From an uncultured Chloroflexia bacterium (lineage in GTDB: Bacteria > Chloroflexota > Anaerolineae > CG2-30-64-16), in the NCBI GenBank assembly GCA_963774265.1, contig CAVZDU010000008.1, positions 224,001 through 288,000 on the forward strand: a stretch of 64,000 nucleotides of DNA, written 5' to 3'. Position numbers and translations under genes: made by a program. Below the pieces are notes generated by a model. It was given only the letters and a program-made list of their open reading frames with translations. It was not told where the DNA came from and ran no database searches. Each line of letters starts with the position of its first letter. The first letter of the stretch is position 1. Shown in pieces: positions 61,137 through 64,000 of the stretch.

Positions 61137-62288
61137 CTATTCACTCACGGTTAAAAACTCTGCAAAGACCTGGTTGCCCAGAAGCCGGCCGCCGCTTGTC
61201 AGGCGGAGCCGATCCGATAAACGTTCCAAGAGGCCGCGGCGCACAAGGCGATCGATCTCATCACCGAACACTTCATCCAGGCCGACGCCGAAACGGCAGC
61301 GGAAAGCCGCGTCCGTCACGCCCTCATGCACCAGGCGCAGGCCGAGCATCATGAACTCGCCCATAGCAGTGTCGCGTTCGATGGATTCGCCATCTCGTTC
61401 AGGGCCCGCGCCTGCACTCACGCGTTTGATGTACTCAGGCACAGGGCGTACATTCCACCAGCGGCGGTCACCGATGAAGCTGTGCGCCCCCGCGCCGAAG
61501 CCCAGGTATGGTTCATGATGCCAGTAGACCAGGTTATGGCGGCACTGGCGGCCTGGGAGCGACCAATTAGAGATTTCGTATTGATCATATCCCGCGGCCG
61601 TAAGTCGATCCGCCGCCAACAAATAGAAGTCGGCCGCGTGGTCGTCATCCGGCGGCGCTTGCAGGCCACGGCGCACCTGATCGTAGAGAGGCGTCCCATG
61701 TTCGATAGTCAGCCCGTAAAGCGAAAGATGCTCGGGGTTGAGGTTGATAGCCCGATCGAGTGTGCGCTTCCATGTCTCAGTTGATTGTCCCGGTAGTCCG
61801 AACATAAAGTCAAGGTTGATGTTCTCAAACCCGGCACGGCGCGCGGCATGGTAAGCTGCCAGGGCTTCATCCGCGCCATGGATCCGGCCCAACCACAGCA
61901 ACTCTGCGTCATCAAAGCTCTGCACCCCCATACTCAGGCGGTTCACGCCCATCTCACGCAGGGCGACGAACAGTGAGGCATCCGCCGTGCCTGGGTTGGC
62001 CTCGCTTGTAATCTCGGCGTCCTCCATTATGTCAAAGGCGTCCCGGCAGGCCCCTATCACCTGACTGAGAAAATCCCGGGGCAGGACAGTAGGGGTGCCG
62101 CCGCCGACGAACACGCTGGACACGGGCGGCCGGCCTCTCTCGGCGCCAGCGCGCATAATCTCAGTGGCCAGGGCCACGGCATAGGGCTCGAAAAAAGAGT
62201 CCAGCCCCGCGTAGGTATTGAAGTCGCAGTAATGGCAGCGAGCAACGCAAAACGGGATATGCACGTACAGGGCGAGCGGTGGTGGCAT
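61137..62288 (-). CDS. hemW: Radical SAM heme chaperone HemW
   Basis: LYVHIPFC..RCHYCDFN, GGGTP and YEISNW..CRHNLVYW motifs. Confidence 0.92.
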   Translation of the reverse strand: MPPPLALYVHIPFCVARCHYCDFNTYAGLDSFFEPYAVALATEIMRAGAERGRPPVSSVFVGGGTPTVLPRDFLSQVIGACRDAFDIMEDAEITSEANPGTADASLFVALREMGVNRLSMGVQSFDDAELLWLGRIHGADEALAAYHAARRAGFENINLDFMFGLPGQSTETWKRTLDRAINLNPEHLSLYGLTIEHGTPLYDQVRRGLQAPPDDDHAADFYLLAADRLTAAGYDQYEISNWSLPGRQCRHNLVYWHHEPYLGFGAGAHSFIGDRRWWNVRPVPEYIKRVSAGAGPERDGESIERDTAMGEFMMLGLRLVHEGVTDAAFRCRFGVGLDEVFGDEIDRLVRRGLLERLSDRLRLTSGGRLLGNQVFAEFLTVSE

Positions 62289-62291
62289 CGG

Positions 62292-62951
62292 CTAGTCGGT
62301 GCGGTTATCGAAACGGAAGCCATGCCCCCGCATGGTCACGATGTATTGGTGATCGGGGTCGACCTCAGCAAGACGTTCTCGCAGACGACGCACGAGCGCA
62401 TCAATAGACTGTTCGGATACGCCGCCATCCGATGCTTCGGGCCAGACGCCGCGCACGATATCATCGCGCCCGACGACGCCACTGGCCGCCATCAGGAGTT
62501 CCAGCAGGCGATACTGTTGGGCCGACAGCGGAGGTTCAACCTGTTTACCGTTCAGGCGCACCTGGTGACCCGCAGCATCCATGTGCAGGCCGCGCTCCAT
62601 GGGGCCATCGAATGTCAGCGGCGCGGTGGCGCCGGCATCGACGAACGCAAGCTTATAGCGAAGGGCTACCTGGATTTCGTCGCCGTCGCGCAAGGGCTGA
62701 GGCGAGACAACATCGCGGCCGTTCAGATGCGTGCCGTTCTTGCTCGCCAGATCCTCGATTTCGTAATGATCGCCACGCCAGAGGATGCGCGCGTGGAGGC
62801 GAGAAATCTGCCTGTCATCGAGCACGATGTCGCAGTCCGCACCACGGCCAATCGTCAGCATCCTATGCTCAAGAGGCCAGGTCAACCCGCTCTCGCCACC
62901 GCGCTGCAGGATGATCATGGCCGATTCGCGAGTGTTAGGTCGATCGTTCAT
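62292..62951 (-). CDS. FHA domain plus OmpR-type winged-helix regulator
   Basis: IGRG..ISRLHA..SKNGT FHA motifs; C-terminal [16 protein letters not shown] wHTH. Confidence 0.88.
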   Translation of the reverse strand: MNDRPNTRESAMIILQRGGESGLTWPLEHRMLTIGRGADCDIVLDDRQISRLHARILWRGDHYEIEDLASKNGTHLNGRDVVSPQPLRDGDEIQVALRYKLAFVDAGATAPLTFDGPMERGLHMDAAGHQVRLNGKQVEPPLSAQQYRLLELLMAASGVVGRDDIVRGVWPEASDGGVSEQSIDALVRRLRERLAEVDPDHQYIVTMRGHGFRFDNRTD

Positions 62952-62983
62952 GCGTCATTGCACTCCTGCCGCGATGGGTCATC

Positions 62984-63012
62984 TTGACACTCCTGGTGTC
63001 CTGCGGGATAAT
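62984..63012 (+). promoter_or_regulatory. Sigma70 promoter of the kinase gene
   Basis: TTGACA-N17-GATAAT. Confidence 0.65.
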
Positions 63013-63053
63013 CGCGGCGACAATTGATCTGAACACGCATCATTTCACAGGAT

Positions 63054-64000
63054 ATGTCTCAATCGTTAACTGTCGGCGCCACTTTACGCGAGCGCTACGA
63101 GATCATCGACCTGGTCGGCCAGGGCGGCATGGGCGCGGTCTACAAAGCCAATGATCAACGTCTCCGCGGCCGCGTCTGTGCGGTCAAGGAAGTGTTGCCT
63201 GATCTGATCAGCGCGCCCGGCATGGAAGATCAGGCGCAGGATCAATTCTACCGCGAAGCCAGCGTTCTGGCTCGCCTCGATCACTCCAATCTGCCCAAGG
63301 TCTCAGACTATTTCGAACAAGACGGCCGGCAATACCTGGTCATGGACTTCGTGCCGGGCCAGGACCTACGACAGATCGTCGATGAGGCTCGTCGACACGA
63401 CACCTTTGTGCCGGAAGAGAACGTCCTTGCATGGGCTGCGCAACTATGCGAAGCGCTGAGTTATCTGCATTCGCAAGAGCCGCCGGTGCTCCATCGTGAC
63501 ATCAAACCATCGAATATCAAGCTCACGCCCCGTGGCATCGTGAAGTTGGTCGACTTTGGCCTGGTCAAGCTGTTGCAACCTGACGAAAACCGAACAGTCA
63601 CCGTTGTACAAGGCCGCGGCACGGTGGCTTACACACCGCTCGAGCAGTATGGAGGAGACACCGGGCATACGGACATCCGCTCCGACGTGTTTTCACTCGG
63701 CGCCACCCTGTACCATCTGCTGACCGGTCAACCGCCCGCTGACGCCAAACAACGTTTCCTGAAACCCGGCAGCCTCATCCCGCCTCGCGATATCAATCCG
63801 CGCGTCTCACCGCGCACCGAACGGGCTATCTTGGCCGCAATCGCCCAGCATCCGGATGACCGCCCCACGACGGTCGACGCGTTTCGTGATTTACTGTTTG
63901 CGGAAGAGGCGCCTCCTGTTGCACAGCCTGTCACGACCGCCCTGTCCTCATTTGCCGAAACCCGTGGCCTGTGGCGTGAGCTGATCGCCGGCCACGCGGC
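63054..64000 (+). CDS. Hanks-type Ser/Thr protein kinase (partial, runs off the window; absent from the ORF track)
   Basis: Manual translation: [60 protein letters not shown]. Confidence 0.93.
   Translation, partial: MSQSLTVGATLRERYEIIDLVGQGGMGAVYKANDQRLRGRVCAVKEVLPDLISAPGMEDQAQDQFYREASVLARLDHSNLPKVSDYFEQDGRQYLVMDFVPGQDLRQIVDEARRHDTFVPEENVLAWAAQLCEALSYLHSQEPPVLHRDIKPSNIKLTPRGIVKLVDFGLVKLLQPDENRTVTVVQGRGTVAYTPLEQYGGDTGHTDIRSDVFSLGATLYHLLTGQPPADAKQRFLKPGSLIPPRDINPRVSPRTERAILAAIAQHPDDRPTTVDAFRDLLFAEEAPPVAQPVTTALSSFAETRGLWRELIAGHA

Overview
This is a 64-kb, GC-rich bacterial chromosomal segment. Gene content and style suggest Chloroflexota (Anaerolineae/Caldilineae-like); that assignment is an inference. 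Many single-base frameshifts in conserved genes look like long-read assembly indels rather than real pseudogenes. In order, the window holds: hydrolases, a DEAD-box helicase, mug and a patatin; a cstA operon with a CxxC thioredoxin-like protein, two paralogous small proteins and two complementary-degenerate ArsA/Get3-like ATPases; comM/yifB, GNAT-nagZ, an M28 peptidase, a P-type ATPase and prsW; a SARP activator followed by an 11-bp-period repeat array; a two-component system before a heptaheme cytochrome c/HybA-like/NrfD-like redox operon, in which three proteins share an LRxxxP membrane motif; a NitT/TauT-type ABC importer whose last gene overlaps the start of a trimeric [FeFe]-hydrogenase (hydCBA), with no maturases in the window; a complete IS4-like element with TIRs and a 9-bp TSD; a DUF433/PIN toxin-antitoxin pair; two ECF sigma/anti-sigma modules, one anti-sigma fused to two solute-binding domains, plus lipoproteins; a lipoprotein di-heme NirS; rocD, a nucleoside kinase and uup; a SAM-I riboswitch before metX-metW; MFS, nudC, hemW, an FHA-wHTH regulator and a partial Ser/Thr kinase. 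The best candidates for undescribed systems are the CstA/dual-ATPase module and the ABC importer-[FeFe]-hydrogenase operon. All family calls come from motif recognition by eye; no database search was run.
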